From: Candidatus Omnitrophota bacterium
GTDB lineage: Bacteria > Omnitrophota > Gorgyraeia > Gygaellales > Profunditerraquicolaceae
Assembly: GCA_043812955.1 (NCBI GenBank)
Contig: JBDRLN010000076.1
Coordinates: 4,864-68,863 of the forward strand
DNA length: 64,000 nt
Direction: 5' to 3'
Shown here: piece after piece, positions 1 through 10,019 of the stretch
Numbering within the stretch: the first letter of the stretch is position 1
How the letters are laid out: every line of letters starts with the position of its first letter
The notes under the pieces: generated by a model
Seen by the model: only the letters and a program-made list of their open reading frames with translations
Databases searched by the model: none
Told to the model about the DNA's origin: nothing
Translations under genes and position numbers: made by a program

Positions 1-560
1 TGCGGAACTTATCCGGGAATCAAAAACCACCTGGATTGAATCGATTATTACCAGATCCGGTTTGAGTTTCTGGATATACTCGATAATTAAGGAAAGATCG
101 GTCTGATTAACAATATATAAAACCTCATCCTTTAATCCCGCTCCCAAACGCTTAGCCCTTAACTTAATCTGGGCAACTGATTCCTCGCCGCTGATGTAAA
201 GCACTGTTCGGCCTTGTTGGGCGACGTGATTAGAGATCTGCAACGAAATAGTAGACTTGCCTATTCCCGGGTCTCCCCCGATCAAAACCACAGAACCTGA
301 GACTATCCCTCCCCCCAATACCCGGTCAAATTCTTTGATCTCAGTCTTAATCCGAAAAGAATCTTTAATCACTACATCTTTAAGTAAAACCGGTTCGTCC
401 TTATAAAAACTGGTTCTCTCTTTGCTTTTAATCGAAGCGTTGGAATAATCCTCTTCCACAAAAGAATTCCAGCTGCCGCAATCCGGGCATTTGCCCAGCC
501 ACTTTGGCGACTGATAAGAACAACCCTGACAGCTAAATATAGTCCTGGTCCGAGTAGCCA
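1..560 (-). CDS. radA: DNA repair protein RadA/Sms, N-terminal part (gene runs off the window edge)
   Basis: The reverse-complement translation from the ATG at 560 gives 'MATRTRTIFSCQGCSYQSPKWLGKCPDCGSWNSF', a C4 zinc finger, and later 'LIGGDPGIGKST', a Walker A motif typical of RadA. No stop is reached before position 1, which is why the ORF track omits it. Confidence 0.7.
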
Positions 561-1226
561 TTATTTATTTTTTTTGTTCTCCTTGCCTTTCCAAAAAAGT
601 TTCCAGGGATGAGCTTTAATATCACTGACTAAGGCCTCCAGGTCAGCATAGATCTTATCACCGTAAATAAGCTTGCCTAAAGAGCCCTCCTGAAGCTTTA
701 TCTTCTCTAATCCTTCATCGATATGCTTGCTTAAACCCTTTATAGAAACCAGGGTGTCATCTAATTTTATTACTACCGATTTGGTGAGCTCGCCAACCTC
801 CTGCATAGCCATCGGATCATTACCGATCAATTCGCCGTCATAGGGAACAAAATTAACCAGGTCTTTACCCGGCATAATCTCAATATACTTCTCTCCTAAA
901 AGCCCCAAGGTATTTACCCAGACCGCGGAATCAGCCGGTATCTTAACATCCTGCTTGACCCAACCGACCAGCCGAACCAAAGCATTCTTACCTTCGCCGG
1001 CAGGTACCAGATTTACCTCGCGGATATCGCCGATATCCACACCAGCAAACCTTACCGGAGCTCCAATCTTGACCCCGTTAATAAAACTAAAGGAAAAATT
1101 AATCTTATAAGTAGAGAAGACATTCTTAAAATCACCGATAAACAATACAAACATAACCAGGATAACTATGCCTATAAAAACAAAGATACCGACTTTTAGC
1201 TCTAATTTGCTTTTACCGAATGTCAT
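561..1226 (-). CDS. MCE-domain protein, MlaD-like
   Basis: 221 aa with one N-terminal TM helix followed by an MCE-like domain. It sits immediately downstream of MlaF- and MlaE-like genes. Confidence 0.55.
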   Translation of the reverse strand: MTFGKSKLELKVGIFVFIGIVILVMFVLFIGDFKNVFSTYKINFSFSFINGVKIGAPVRFAGVDIGDIREVNLVPAGEGKNALVRLVGWVKQDVKIPADSAVWVNTLGLLGEKYIEIMPGKDLVNFVPYDGELIGNDPMAMQEVGELTKSVVIKLDDTLVSIKGLSKHIDEGLEKIKLQEGSLGKLIYGDKIYADLEALVSDIKAHPWKLFWKGKENKKNK

Positions 1227-1252
1227 AATCTACCTCCATTATTATCATAGAT

Positions 1253-2005
1253 TTATTCCTCTGTAATCGGGCCTTTAGCTAAACCATTAATGAACTGGTG
1301 GACAAAAGGATCCCGGGAATTCTGGATTTCTTTAGAGCTACCTTCAGCGATAATATTACCTTTATACAGCATCGCTATACGGTTGCCTATCTTATAAGCG
1401 CTCCGCATATCATGGGTCACCACGATCGAAGTTACTTTTAATTTTGCCTGAAGGCTTAAGATCAATTCGTTAATAATATCCGCAGTGATCGGATCAACTC
1501 CGGTTGTCGGCTCGTCATAAAGGATAATTTCCGGATGCATGCAGATTGCCCTGGCTAAGGCAACGCGCTTACGCATCCCTCCGCTAAGCTCCGCAGGCAT
1601 AAGTTTGGCTATGCCGGAAAGGTCAACTAAGTATAACGCCTCCTCAATGTTTTTTTGCAATTCTTTACCGCTAGCTAAACCATGTTCGATCAGCTCAAAA
1701 CCGACATTCTCGCCCACAGTCAAGGAATCAAATAAAGCCCCGCCCTGAAAAACCATATTCATCTTAAATATTATTTTATTAAAGTCGCCCCGGGACATCC
1801 CCCAGATATCCTGACCGTTGACCAGGACCTTTCCGCTGTTAGGCCTTAATACCCCGATAATATGTTTTAATAAGACGCTCTTGCCGCAACCGGAACGGCC
1901 GATAACCACAACGGTCGTTCCTTTTTCTATACTCAGGTTCAAATCATCTAAAACCTTATGGTTATTAAATGATTTATTTAGGTTTTTTAATTCTATGATC
2001 GCCAT
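1253..2005 (-). CDS. ABC transporter ATP-binding protein, MlaF-like
   Basis: Walker A 'GRSGCGKS', ABC signature 'LSGGMRKRVALARA' and Walker B 'ILYDEPTTGVD'. Confidence 0.7.
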   Translation of the reverse strand: MAIIELKNLNKSFNNHKVLDDLNLSIEKGTTVVVIGRSGCGKSVLLKHIIGVLRPNSGKVLVNGQDIWGMSRGDFNKIIFKMNMVFQGGALFDSLTVGENVGFELIEHGLASGKELQKNIEEALYLVDLSGIAKLMPAELSGGMRKRVALARAICMHPEIILYDEPTTGVDPITADIINELILSLQAKLKVTSIVVTHDMRSAYKIGNRIAMLYKGNIIAEGSSKEIQNSRDPFVHQFINGLAKGPITEE

Positions 2006-2150
2006 AATTTTTTATATGATTTCACAGATTTGCAAACTGATTACGCGGATTATTCTTTTTTTATTTATCTGCGCAATCCGCTCTTTCCCGCTAGATAAAA
2101 GATTGTTGAACGGAATAATCAGTGTAATAATAATTTTATTAAATCCTATT

Positions 2151-2939
2151 CTAAGGAAAAATAAAATAAAATAAAGCCGTAAATAAACAATCGAAGGCAA
2201 TGATCAGGATAAAAGAAACCACTACCGACTTAGTAGTTGCTTTGCCAACGCCTTCTGCCCCGCCTTCTACGTTAAACCCCTGATAACAACTTGTTAAAGC
2301 GATAAGCATACCGAAAACAACTGTTTTAGACAGGCCCGTAAAAAGGTCTTTGAATGTCAGGGCTTCGGAGGCAATATTCCAGTACATGTTTGAAGTTACC
2401 CCTAATTTAAACACACAGATCATCCAACCTCCCAATATTCCGACAATATCGGCATACAAGGTTAAAACCGGAAGCATCAGGCTTAAAGCGATAAATCGCG
2501 GCACTACCAGGTATTTTATCGGGCTGGTAGCTAAAGTTGACAAGGCATCCACTTGTTCAGTCACCTGCATTGAGCCTATTTCCGCGGTAATAGCCGCACC
2601 TACCCTTCCGGCAACTACCAGTGAAGTTATAACCGGTCCTAACTCCCTGACTATTGATAAAGCAACAATGCTGGCGATATACATCTCCGAGCCTAAACGG
2701 GTCATCAGGTAAGAAACTTGAAAAGCAAAAATCACACCGATAAAAAAAGAAATCAGCGTAACAATCGGCAGGCTGTCCACGCCGGCTTTTTTAGCCTGTT
2801 CAAATATACGCTCACGTTTAAAGGGCGGCTTGAGGAGTTGATAAAAAGTCTGCAGAAACAGATAAGTCAAGCCTCCTAAAAAATAAATAAGTGAGATAAG
2901 CTTACTCCCCAGAATATGAAAGGTATATTTTAATTTCAT
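2151..2939 (-). CDS. ABC transporter permease, MlaE-like
   Basis: 262-aa polytopic membrane protein in an operon with the MlaF- and MlaD-like genes. Confidence 0.6.
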   Translation of the reverse strand: MKLKYTFHILGSKLISLIYFLGGLTYLFLQTFYQLLKPPFKRERIFEQAKKAGVDSLPIVTLISFFIGVIFAFQVSYLMTRLGSEMYIASIVALSIVRELGPVITSLVVAGRVGAAITAEIGSMQVTEQVDALSTLATSPIKYLVVPRFIALSLMLPVLTLYADIVGILGGWMICVFKLGVTSNMYWNIASEALTFKDLFTGLSKTVVFGMLIALTSCYQGFNVEGGAEGVGKATTKSVVVSFILIIAFDCLFTALFYFIFP

Positions 2940-5380
2940 CAGACTGTCTCTGCTGGCTGCGCGCCTTCTTCAAAAACCAATTCAGTATTACGACGCTCTA
3001 CCCTGATTATCGAACCCTCTTTAAATTTCTTAGAAATGATATCCGAAGATAAAGAATCTTCTAAGAACCTCTGGATAGTCCTTTTTAAAGGCCTGGCCCC
3101 GAACACCTGGTCAAAACCTTTTTCAATCAGGAAATCCTTAGCCTCCGCGCTGACCTCTAAAGAGAGTTTATGTTCTTTTAACCTGCCTGCTAAAAATCCT
3201 ATCTCAATATCAATGATCTTCTGCAAATCTTCCTTAACCAACGGCCGGAAAACTATAATGTCATCAATACGGTTTAAGAACTCCGGTTTAAAAGTATGTT
3301 TAACCTCTTCTAGGAGTTTATCCTTCATCCCCTGGTAGGTTACTTCATCTTTCTGGCTCTTAAAACCGATTGAACCGGATTTACGGATAAGCTCCGCCCC
3401 CACATTAGAGGTCATAATCACGATACTATTTTTAAAATCAACTTTGCGGGCAAAACTATCGGTAAGCCGGCCTTCTTCAAAAACCTGAAGCAGAAGGTTA
3501 AACACATCCGGGTGGGCTTTTTCAATCTCATCCAGAAGTATTACCGAATACGGCCTGCGCCTTACTCTTTCAGTAAGCTGGCCGCCTTCTTCGTAGCCGA
3601 CATATCCCGGAGGAGCGCCGATCAGACGCGAGACATTGAATTTCTCCATATACTCAGACATATCCAGCTGGATAAGCGAGTCTTCATCCCCAAACATAAA
3701 TTCAGCCAAGGCCCGGGCTAAAAGAGTTTTGCCTACGCCGGTCGGCCCTAAAAATATAAATGAACCGATCGGCCTTTTAGGATCTTTTATCCCAGCTCGG
3801 GACCTGCGCACCGCATGGGCAATCGCGGATATCGCCTCTTCCTGCCCAATAACTCTCCTGTGTAATCCTTCTTCGATCTTTAATAATTTTTCGCCTTCTT
3901 TCTCCTCTAGCCTGAAAATAGGAATACCGGTCCACTGAGCAACAATTTTGGCGATCTCCTCTTCGCCGACTTCCGGCCTCATCTTGTCTTTAGCCTGGGA
4001 CCACTCCCGGTTAAACTGCTCCAAGTCCTGACCTACCTGCCACTCCTGGTCCCTTAAGGCCGCTGCTTTTTCAAAATCCTGAGATTTAATAAAAGACTCT
4101 TTTTCTTTGCGGATCGTTTCTACTTTCTCTTCCAGCTTTTTTATTTCCGGAGGCACCACCAGGACATTTAACCGGGCCCGGGAACCTGCCTCGTCCATCA
4201 GATCAATAGCCTTATCCGGCATAAACCTTCCGGAAATATAACGGTCGGATAATTTAGCCGCAGCCTCTAAACCCTGGTCAGTAAACACTACCCGGTGATG
4301 GGCTTCATACTTATCCCTCAGGCCTTTAAGAATCTCTATAGTCTGATCTACTGCCGGAGGCTCAACCATAATAGTCTGAAATCTTCTCTCTAATGCCGCG
4401 TCTTTTTCAATGTATTTGCGGTATTCATCCAGGGTGGTGGCGCCGATGCATTGCATCTCTCCCCGGGAGAGCGCGGGCTTTAAAATATTCGAAGCGTCAA
4501 TCGCCCCTTCAGCCGCGCCTGCGCCGACTAAAGTATGAAGTTCATCGATAAAAATGATTACGTCCTGCGACCGCTTTATCTCCTCCATTACCGCCTTAAT
4601 CCTTTCTTCAAACTGACCGCGGTATTTTGTCCCGGCAACCATCAAAGCTAGATCTAAAACTATTAAACGTTTATGCCGTAATACTTCTGGGACATTCCCC
4701 AGGATAATACCCTGAGCCAGGCCTTCGACAATAGCAGTCTTGCCCACACCTGCCTCGCCTAATAAAACCGGGTTATTCTTAGTCCTGCGGCTTAAGATCT
4801 GAATTACCCTTTCAATCTCATTGCGCCGGTTGATCACCGGATCAAGTTTACCATCCTTAGCTAAAACAGTTAAATCCCGGCCAAAGGCGTCCAATGCCGG
4901 GGTCTTAGTCTTAGACTGATTCTGGGTAGCGCCGGGTAATGCCGAACCTAAGACTTCCATTACTTTATTCCTGACGGTATTTAAATCCATCCCTAAATTC
5001 AACATTACCTGGGAAGCTACGCCTTCTTCTTCCCGAATCAAACCTAATAATAAATGCTCGGTACCGATATAGTTATGCCCTAAAGCCCTGGCTTCTTCAG
5101 CTGCCAGTTCCAAAGATTTTTTAGCCCGAGGAGTAAAAGGGATGTCGCCAATAATCTGGGTAGTTGGCCCGGGCTGGACTAACTTCTCAATCTCTAAACG
5201 GATATTCTCCAAAGATATTCCTAGTTTTTCCAATACAGTAGCCGCTACTCCTTCTCCTTCCCGGATCAGGCCTAAAAAGATATGTTCAGTTCCGATATAA
5301 TCATGATTAAAACGCCTGGCTTCTTCTTTGGCCAATATAATTACCTTTCTCGCCCTTTCAGTAAAACGATTGAACATCAC
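2939..5380 (-). CDS. clpC: ATP-dependent Clp protease ATP-binding subunit ClpC
   Basis: 813 aa with two N-terminal Clp_N repeats ('FTERARKVI', '[10 protein letters not shown]'), two AAA modules ('GEAGVGKT', 'GPTGVGKT') and a UVR motif between them. Confidence 0.9.
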   Translation of the reverse strand: MMFNRFTERARKVIILAKEEARRFNHDYIGTEHIFLGLIREGEGVAATVLEKLGISLENIRLEIEKLVQPGPTTQIIGDIPFTPRAKKSLELAAEEARALGHNYIGTEHLLLGLIREEEGVASQVMLNLGMDLNTVRNKVMEVLGSALPGATQNQSKTKTPALDAFGRDLTVLAKDGKLDPVINRRNEIERVIQILSRRTKNNPVLLGEAGVGKTAIVEGLAQGIILGNVPEVLRHKRLIVLDLALMVAGTKYRGQFEERIKAVMEEIKRSQDVIIFIDELHTLVGAGAAEGAIDASNILKPALSRGEMQCIGATTLDEYRKYIEKDAALERRFQTIMVEPPAVDQTIEILKGLRDKYEAHHRVVFTDQGLEAAAKLSDRYISGRFMPDKAIDLMDEAGSRARLNVLVVPPEIKKLEEKVETIRKEKESFIKSQDFEKAAALRDQEWQVGQDLEQFNREWSQAKDKMRPEVGEEEIAKIVAQWTGIPIFRLEEKEGEKLLKIEEGLHRRVIGQEEAISAIAHAVRRSRAGIKDPKRPIGSFIFLGPTGVGKTLLARALAEFMFGDEDSLIQLDMSEYMEKFNVSRLIGAPPGYVGYEEGGQLTERVRRRPYSVILLDEIEKAHPDVFNLLLQVFEEGRLTDSFARKVDFKNSIVIMTSNVGAELIRKSGSIGFKSQKDEVTYQGMKDKLLEEVKHTFKPEFLNRIDDIIVFRPLVKEDLQKIIDIEIGFLAGRLKEHKLSLEVSAEAKDFLIEKGFDQVFGARPLKRTIQRFLEDSLSSDIISKKFKEGSIIRVERRNTELVFEEGAQPAETV

Positions 5381-5397
5381 TTCCTCCCTGTATAATG

Positions 5398-5432
5398 TCC
5401 ACCCCGTAGGTGTATGACACCTACGGGGTGGA
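5398..5432. repeat. REP-like palindrome CCACCCCGTAGGTG-N5-CACCTACGGGGTGG (copy 1 of 4)
   Basis: Perfect 14-nt inverted repeat located between the mcsB stop and the clpC start, 18 nt upstream of the clpC ATG. The same element recurs at 37105, 42035 and 63960. Confidence 0.7.
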
Positions 5433-5437
5433 AATGG

Positions 5438-6487
5438 TTATTTTTGCAACCTCTGCCTGATAATCTCAGCCCTTTTGATATCCCTTTCCTGGGCTGTAAG
5501 TTTCTTATTCTCTATTTTTTGTAAATGCGCCGGCTGGATCACGATAAATAATTCATTTACCTGCCTACGGTCCAGGTCTTTAATAATCCCTAAATCGCAT
5601 CCCAGCCTGAGCATGGATAATAATTCAATGGTCTCCTGACTGGAAATAATATAAGCGCTTTTTAAAATACCAAAACTGCGGTTTATCTTATCTTCTAACA
5701 TCGCCCGGTTACGGGCTAGCAGCGCTTCCCGGGCCTGATTTTCCTGCTCAATTATCTGGCGGATCAAGCCATTTATATTTTCAATAATATCGGTCTCACT
5801 GTGGCCCAAAGAAACCTGATTGGAAACCTGAAAAAGATTTCCGCTGGCCTGGGTCCCTTCGCCGTAAAGGCCGCGGGTAGTAAACTGTAGTTTTGAGATC
5901 GCGGCCAGCACCTGATTGATCTGGTTAATCATTACCAGCGCCGGCAGGTGCAGCATTACTGAACCCCGCATGCCGGTCCCGGTATTAGTCGGGCAGGCAG
6001 TTAAATAACCCCAGTCCGGCAAAAAAGCGAAAGGCAATTCCTTGGCCAGAAAATCATCGATGGTACTAATAATGTTCCAGGCTTCAAAAAGATTAAAACC
6101 TGACTGCATTACCTGGGTCCGTAAATGATCCTCTTCATTAACCATTATTGAGATTATCTCTTCATCGTCTATAATAACCGCCTTGGAATCGCTCTTCTGG
6201 GCATGCTCATAGGACATCAAATGCCTTTCAATCAAGAATTGTTTATCCAGATTATCCAAGTCAGCCAGCCGAAAGACTGTTACCTTCTTTAATAGATCAA
6301 TCCTGGAGACCGTTTCTTCAACCGCGTCTAAGACATCCTTAGTCTGCTTTTTACTCGCCCAATGCGGGAAGGCGAGTTTATCCAGATTACGGGCTAAGCG
6401 GATACGGCTGGATAAAACAATATCCGAATTAGGCCCAGAGCCTTTTAACCACTCGCTGCCATGATTAACTAAGTCGTTTAAATTCAT
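5438..6487 (-). CDS. mcsB: Protein arginine kinase McsB
   Basis: ATP:guanido phosphotransferase domain with 'CPTNTGTGMR' around the active-site Cys. Encoded between mcsA and clpC. Confidence 0.8.
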   Translation of the reverse strand: MNLNDLVNHGSEWLKGSGPNSDIVLSSRIRLARNLDKLAFPHWASKKQTKDVLDAVEETVSRIDLLKKVTVFRLADLDNLDKQFLIERHLMSYEHAQKSDSKAVIIDDEEIISIMVNEEDHLRTQVMQSGFNLFEAWNIISTIDDFLAKELPFAFLPDWGYLTACPTNTGTGMRGSVMLHLPALVMINQINQVLAAISKLQFTTRGLYGEGTQASGNLFQVSNQVSLGHSETDIIENINGLIRQIIEQENQAREALLARNRAMLEDKINRSFGILKSAYIISSQETIELLSMLRLGCDLGIIKDLDRRQVNELFIVIQPAHLQKIENKKLTAQERDIKRAEIIRQRLQK

Positions 6488-6513
6488 AATTAGGCTTTAC
6501 TTTATTTATTAGT

Positions 6514-7020
6514 TTACGGGCCTGTTTTAGGCTTGGTTTCTAATTCTTTGATCTGATCCCTGAGCAAAGCAGCCTCTTCGAATTGTTCAGCCTCAATTGC
6601 CTCCTGTAATTTATTCCGTAAATCCTCAAGCCCTATCCTCTCCTTTAAATCCCCGGTGATCTTAGAGGGAGATTTTCCGATATGTTTATTGGCGCCATGG
6701 ATCCTTTTAAGTAAAGGCCCCAGGTAACGCCGGAATGAGGTATAACATTCGCTGCAGCCCAGCCTGCCGATTTTCTTAAAATCCTTAAACGCCAGTCCGC
6801 AATTAGGGCATTTCATATTCAGGGTATTTTTGTCCTCACCCTGGGGCTTGCCGAATTCAGCTAAACCCGCCATAAGGTCAGCCAGACCAAACTGCTGGTC
6901 CATCTGAGCGCTCTTCTGCCGGGCGCATTCTTCGCAAAGATGCAATTCCTTCATGGAATCATCAATTATCTCGGTCAGGTGGACCGTAGCCTGATTTTTA
7001 GCGCAAACATCACAGATCAT
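6514..7020 (-). CDS. mcsA: McsA-like activator of McsB (zinc fingers plus UVR)
   Basis: Several CxxC pairs ('CDVC', 'CEEC', 'CPNC', 'CSEC') and a C-terminal UVR motif ('AEQFEEAALLRDQI'). Confidence 0.7.
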   Translation of the reverse strand: MICDVCAKNQATVHLTEIIDDSMKELHLCEECARQKSAQMDQQFGLADLMAGLAEFGKPQGEDKNTLNMKCPNCGLAFKDFKKIGRLGCSECYTSFRRYLGPLLKRIHGANKHIGKSPSKITGDLKERIGLEDLRNKLQEAIEAEQFEEAALLRDQIKELETKPKTGP

Positions 7021-7021
7021 A

Positions 7022-7891
7022 TTAATATTTTACTCCGTCGGTTTTTGTCAGCTGATGGAATTTTTTGATCAGATTCAAAGTTTTCGGCCCGGGCTTACCC
7101 GATCCAATGACCCTGCCGTCCACCTTAACCACTGAAATAACTTCAGCTCCGGTGCCAGTTAAAAAACACTCATCAGCCACATACAGCTCATGTAGTGTAA
7201 ATGGATCTTCTCTGGCCGGAAGCTTGATCTTTTTGGCTATCTCTAAGATAGCGTCTCGGGTAATCCCGCGTAAAGCGCCCATAGTCTCCGGAGGAGTAAA
7301 AAGTGCTCCTTTACGGACAATAAAGATATTATCGCCGGTGCACTCAGCCACATAACCCTGGTCATTTAACATAAGCGCTTCAGCATATCCGGAATTACCA
7401 GCCTCAATCTTACCCAAGATATTATTCAAATAATTCAAAGACTTGATCTGGGGATTTACAGCCTGGTGGGAACTGCGGGTAGTAGAAACAGTAATAATCG
7501 CCATTCCTTCTTTATACATTTTTTCAGGATAAAGCGCAATCTTATCAGTTATAATAATAACTGTGGCCCCCTTAAGGCATTTGCGCGGATCTAGCCCCAA
7601 GTCCCCTTCGCCGCGGGTAATGATCAGGCGGATATAGCCGTCTTTAAGATTATTTTTTTTAAGGGTATCGACTACTGCCTTAATCATGGCTGGTTTAGTT
7701 AAAGGAATTTTCAGCATTATTGAATGGGCTGATTCGTATAAACGGTCGATATGTTCCTTTAATCTGAAAACCAGGCTGTTATAAGAACGGATACCCTCAA
7801 ACACCCCGTCTCCGTAAAGCAGGCCATGGTCAAACACTGATATCTTAGCGTCTTCTTTTTCATAAAATTTTCCGTTGATATAAATCTTCAT
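7022..7891 (-). CDS. Class IV PLP aminotransferase (branched-chain amino acid or D-amino acid aminotransferase)
   Basis: Class IV fold motifs ('GDGVFEGIRSY', 'ECTGDNIF'). The likely start is the 'MKIYING' Met at 7891, which has an AAGGAGG RBS 7 nt upstream. The ORF-track start at 7912 lacks an RBS. Confidence 0.7.
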   Translation of the reverse strand: MKIYINGKFYEKEDAKISVFDHGLLYGDGVFEGIRSYNSLVFRLKEHIDRLYESAHSIMLKIPLTKPAMIKAVVDTLKKNNLKDGYIRLIITRGEGDLGLDPRKCLKGATVIIITDKIALYPEKMYKEGMAIITVSTTRSSHQAVNPQIKSLNYLNNILGKIEAGNSGYAEALMLNDQGYVAECTGDNIFIVRKGALFTPPETMGALRGITRDAILEIAKKIKLPAREDPFTLHELYVADECFLTGTGAEVISVVKVDGRVIGSGKPGPKTLNLIKKFHQLTKTDGVKY

Positions 7892-7992
7892 CTTTAGCCT
7901 CCTTGAGCCCAAATATGCGTCGCAAGACGCATCTGGCGAAATCCCGCCCTTTTGGCGTGATTTATAAAAATAATTCCAAAAGTGCGGGACTT

Positions 7993-8670
7993 TTAATTAA
8001 ATAATAAGCCGTCTTTTAATTTATAAACCTTATCCGATAGATTGGCTAATTCCAGATTATGAGTTACCAGGGCTACGGCCATCTTTCCTTCTTTATTTAT
8101 CCGGCGGATCAGAGAGATTATTTCACCTCCGCTTTTAGAATCCAGGTTTCCGGTAGGTTCATCGCAAAATAATATCTTAGGCCTATTAATCAAGGCCCGG
8201 CAGATCGCCACTCTCTGCTGTTCGCCTCCGGAAAGTTCAGACGGAAAATGCCCAATCCTTTCGCTTAAAGCTGCCTTATCCAGCAATTCCAAGGCCTTTC
8301 CTTTTATCCCTTGCCCCTTATCATTTAACTCTGATTTTATCAGCGCCGGCAGCATCACATTTTCTAAAACTGTGAATTCCGGCAGAAGATGATAAAACTG
8401 AAATACAAAACCAATGTCCTGGTTACGCATCCGGCAAAGAAGATTGTCGCTTAACTTATAGATATCCTCTCCTTTGAATACCACGCTGCCCTGGGTAGGT
8501 TCATCTAAACCTCCAAGGATATGCAAAAGCGTTGATTTACCCGCTCCCGAAGGCCCGATAATAGCGGCAAATTCACCCTCTTTAATAATTAAATCCAATC
8601 CTTTTAATACCTGGATCTGTTTATTATTAGAGCTGTTATAAACCTTATGTATATTCTTAACTGACAACAT
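7993..8670 (-). CDS. ABC transporter ATP-binding protein, LolD/MacB-type
   Basis: Walker A 'GPSGAGKST', signature 'LSGGEQQRVAICRA' and Walker B 'LFCDEPTGNLD'. Paired with a FtsX/MacB-type permease gene. Confidence 0.6.
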   Translation of the reverse strand: MLSVKNIHKVYNSSNNKQIQVLKGLDLIIKEGEFAAIIGPSGAGKSTLLHILGGLDEPTQGSVVFKGEDIYKLSDNLLCRMRNQDIGFVFQFYHLLPEFTVLENVMLPALIKSELNDKGQGIKGKALELLDKAALSERIGHFPSELSGGEQQRVAICRALINRPKILFCDEPTGNLDSKSGGEIISLIRRINKEGKMAVALVTHNLELANLSDKVYKLKDGLLFN

Positions 8671-8770
8671 ATTCTAACCTCTATAGATATTTCAAAGCGA
8701 AAAGTTTTCCTGCGCAATAATATAATTTCTTAAGCGCTATCCCGCTTTATAACTTAATTACCGGACGGGA

Positions 8771-8828
8771 AAAACTTTTAGTTTTGCGCTTTGCGCTTTT
8801 AGTTTTACGCTTTTAGTTTTACGCTTTA
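8771..8828. repeat. Tandem 14-bp repeats (TTTTAGTTTT[AG]CGC, 3-4 copies)
   Basis: Read directly between the lolC-like stop and the lolD-like start. Confidence 0.6.
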
Positions 8829-10019
8829 TTCGTATCTTAAGGCCTCAACCGGTTTTAATTTACTGGCCTTGATTGCCGGATAAATAGTCGAGGCCAGGGT
8901 AATGGCTAAAGCCGCCAAAACAACTAAGCACAGGTCAGGCCAAACCTCCAAGACCACCGGAATCCTATCCACATAATAAATATCCTGGGGTAATTTTACA
9001 AACTGGTACTTTTTAAAAAGCAGGCATAAAACCACGCCGCCTACCACCCCGGTAAATATCCCTAGGCCTCCTATGCTTAAACCGACAAAGGTAAAAATAT
9101 TCCTGATGCCTTTAGAACTTATCCCGATAGCTTTTAATATCCCGATATCTTTAGTCTTCTCTACTACCATAACCATCAGGGTAGAGATAATATTAAAAGA
9201 GGCCACTAGAATTATTAGAGTCAGAATAATAAACATGGTGATCTTCTCCAGCTTCAAGGCCGCGAAAAAATTCTGATTAGTTTCCATCCAGGTCTTGACG
9301 CCATATTCATAACCTAGCGCTTTATAAATTTCTTTCTGGACTTTTTTTGCCGAATAAAGATTATTTAATTTTACCGCAATTGAGCTTACCTGATTATTTA
9401 TACCCAATATCTCTTGTGCTGATTTTAAATTTACAAAGATCAGATTTAGATCATAATCATACATCCCGGAATTAAAAATACCGGCTACTTTCAAGGAATA
9501 TTTTTCCCCGGCCAGCGGAGAATAAATATTAAGCTCGGAATTTAAATCCAGACCCAGGTAAGCAGCCAGCTCCTTACCGATAACAACTGAACCTTTAGTT
9601 AAATTCTTAAGATCACCTTTCACTAGGTAATTCTTAATCCTGGTTACCTGGATCTCCTTATCCGGCTCTATGCCTCTTAGGCCTATAGCAAAAAATTTAT
9701 CCCCTTCCTTAACTACTACCTGGCCCTGGATGTTAGGGCTTATCCCTTTAACCTCAGGGATGCGGGAGGTTTTTCCGGCGATATCAAGGTATTCGCTGTA
9801 ATCAATACCTTTATAACTGGAGATAGTGATATGGGCATAATTGCCAATTATTTTATCCCGGAGCTCCTGGTCAAACCCGGTCATTACCGCTATAACCACG
9901 ATCAGGGCCATTACTCCGATAGCCACGCCTAAAATCGAGATAAGACTGATCAAAGAGATGAATTTCTCTTTGCGCTTAGTCATCAAATACCTCAGGCCGA
10001 TAAAAAATTCTAATTTCAT
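8826..10019 (-). CDS. FtsX/MacB-type ABC permease, LolC/E-like
   Basis: 397 aa with an N-terminal TM helix, a large periplasmic domain and three C-terminal TM helices (FtsX fold). Confidence 0.6.
   Translation of the reverse strand: MKLEFFIGLRYLMTKRKEKFISLISLISILGVAIGVMALIVVIAVMTGFDQELRDKIIGNYAHITISSYKGIDYSEYLDIAGKTSRIPEVKGISPNIQGQVVVKEGDKFFAIGLRGIEPDKEIQVTRIKNYLVKGDLKNLTKGSVVIGKELAAYLGLDLNSELNIYSPLAGEKYSLKVAGIFNSGMYDYDLNLIFVNLKSAQEILGINNQVSSIAVKLNNLYSAKKVQKEIYKALGYEYGVKTWMETNQNFFAALKLEKITMFIILTLIILVASFNIISTLMVMVVEKTKDIGILKAIGISSKGIRNIFTFVGLSIGGLGIFTGVVGGVVLCLLFKKYQFVKLPQDIYYVDRIPVVLEVWPDLCLVVLAALAITLASTIYPAIKASKLKPVEALRYE

Noticed and set aside
1539-2174. Antisense ORFs (69 aa, 118 aa) and the 62-aa ORF at 2012-2200
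   Set aside because: They lie opposite to or nested within well-supported MlaF/MlaE-like genes and have low-complexity translations typical of shadow ORFs. The same applies to the other short track ORFs embedded in clpC, lysS, the hydrogenase genes and elsewhere.
8771-8828. Possible CRISPR array (short direct repeats)
   Set aside because: The repeat units are only 14 bp and directly abut with no unique spacers. No cas genes are nearby. This is a simple tandem repeat.
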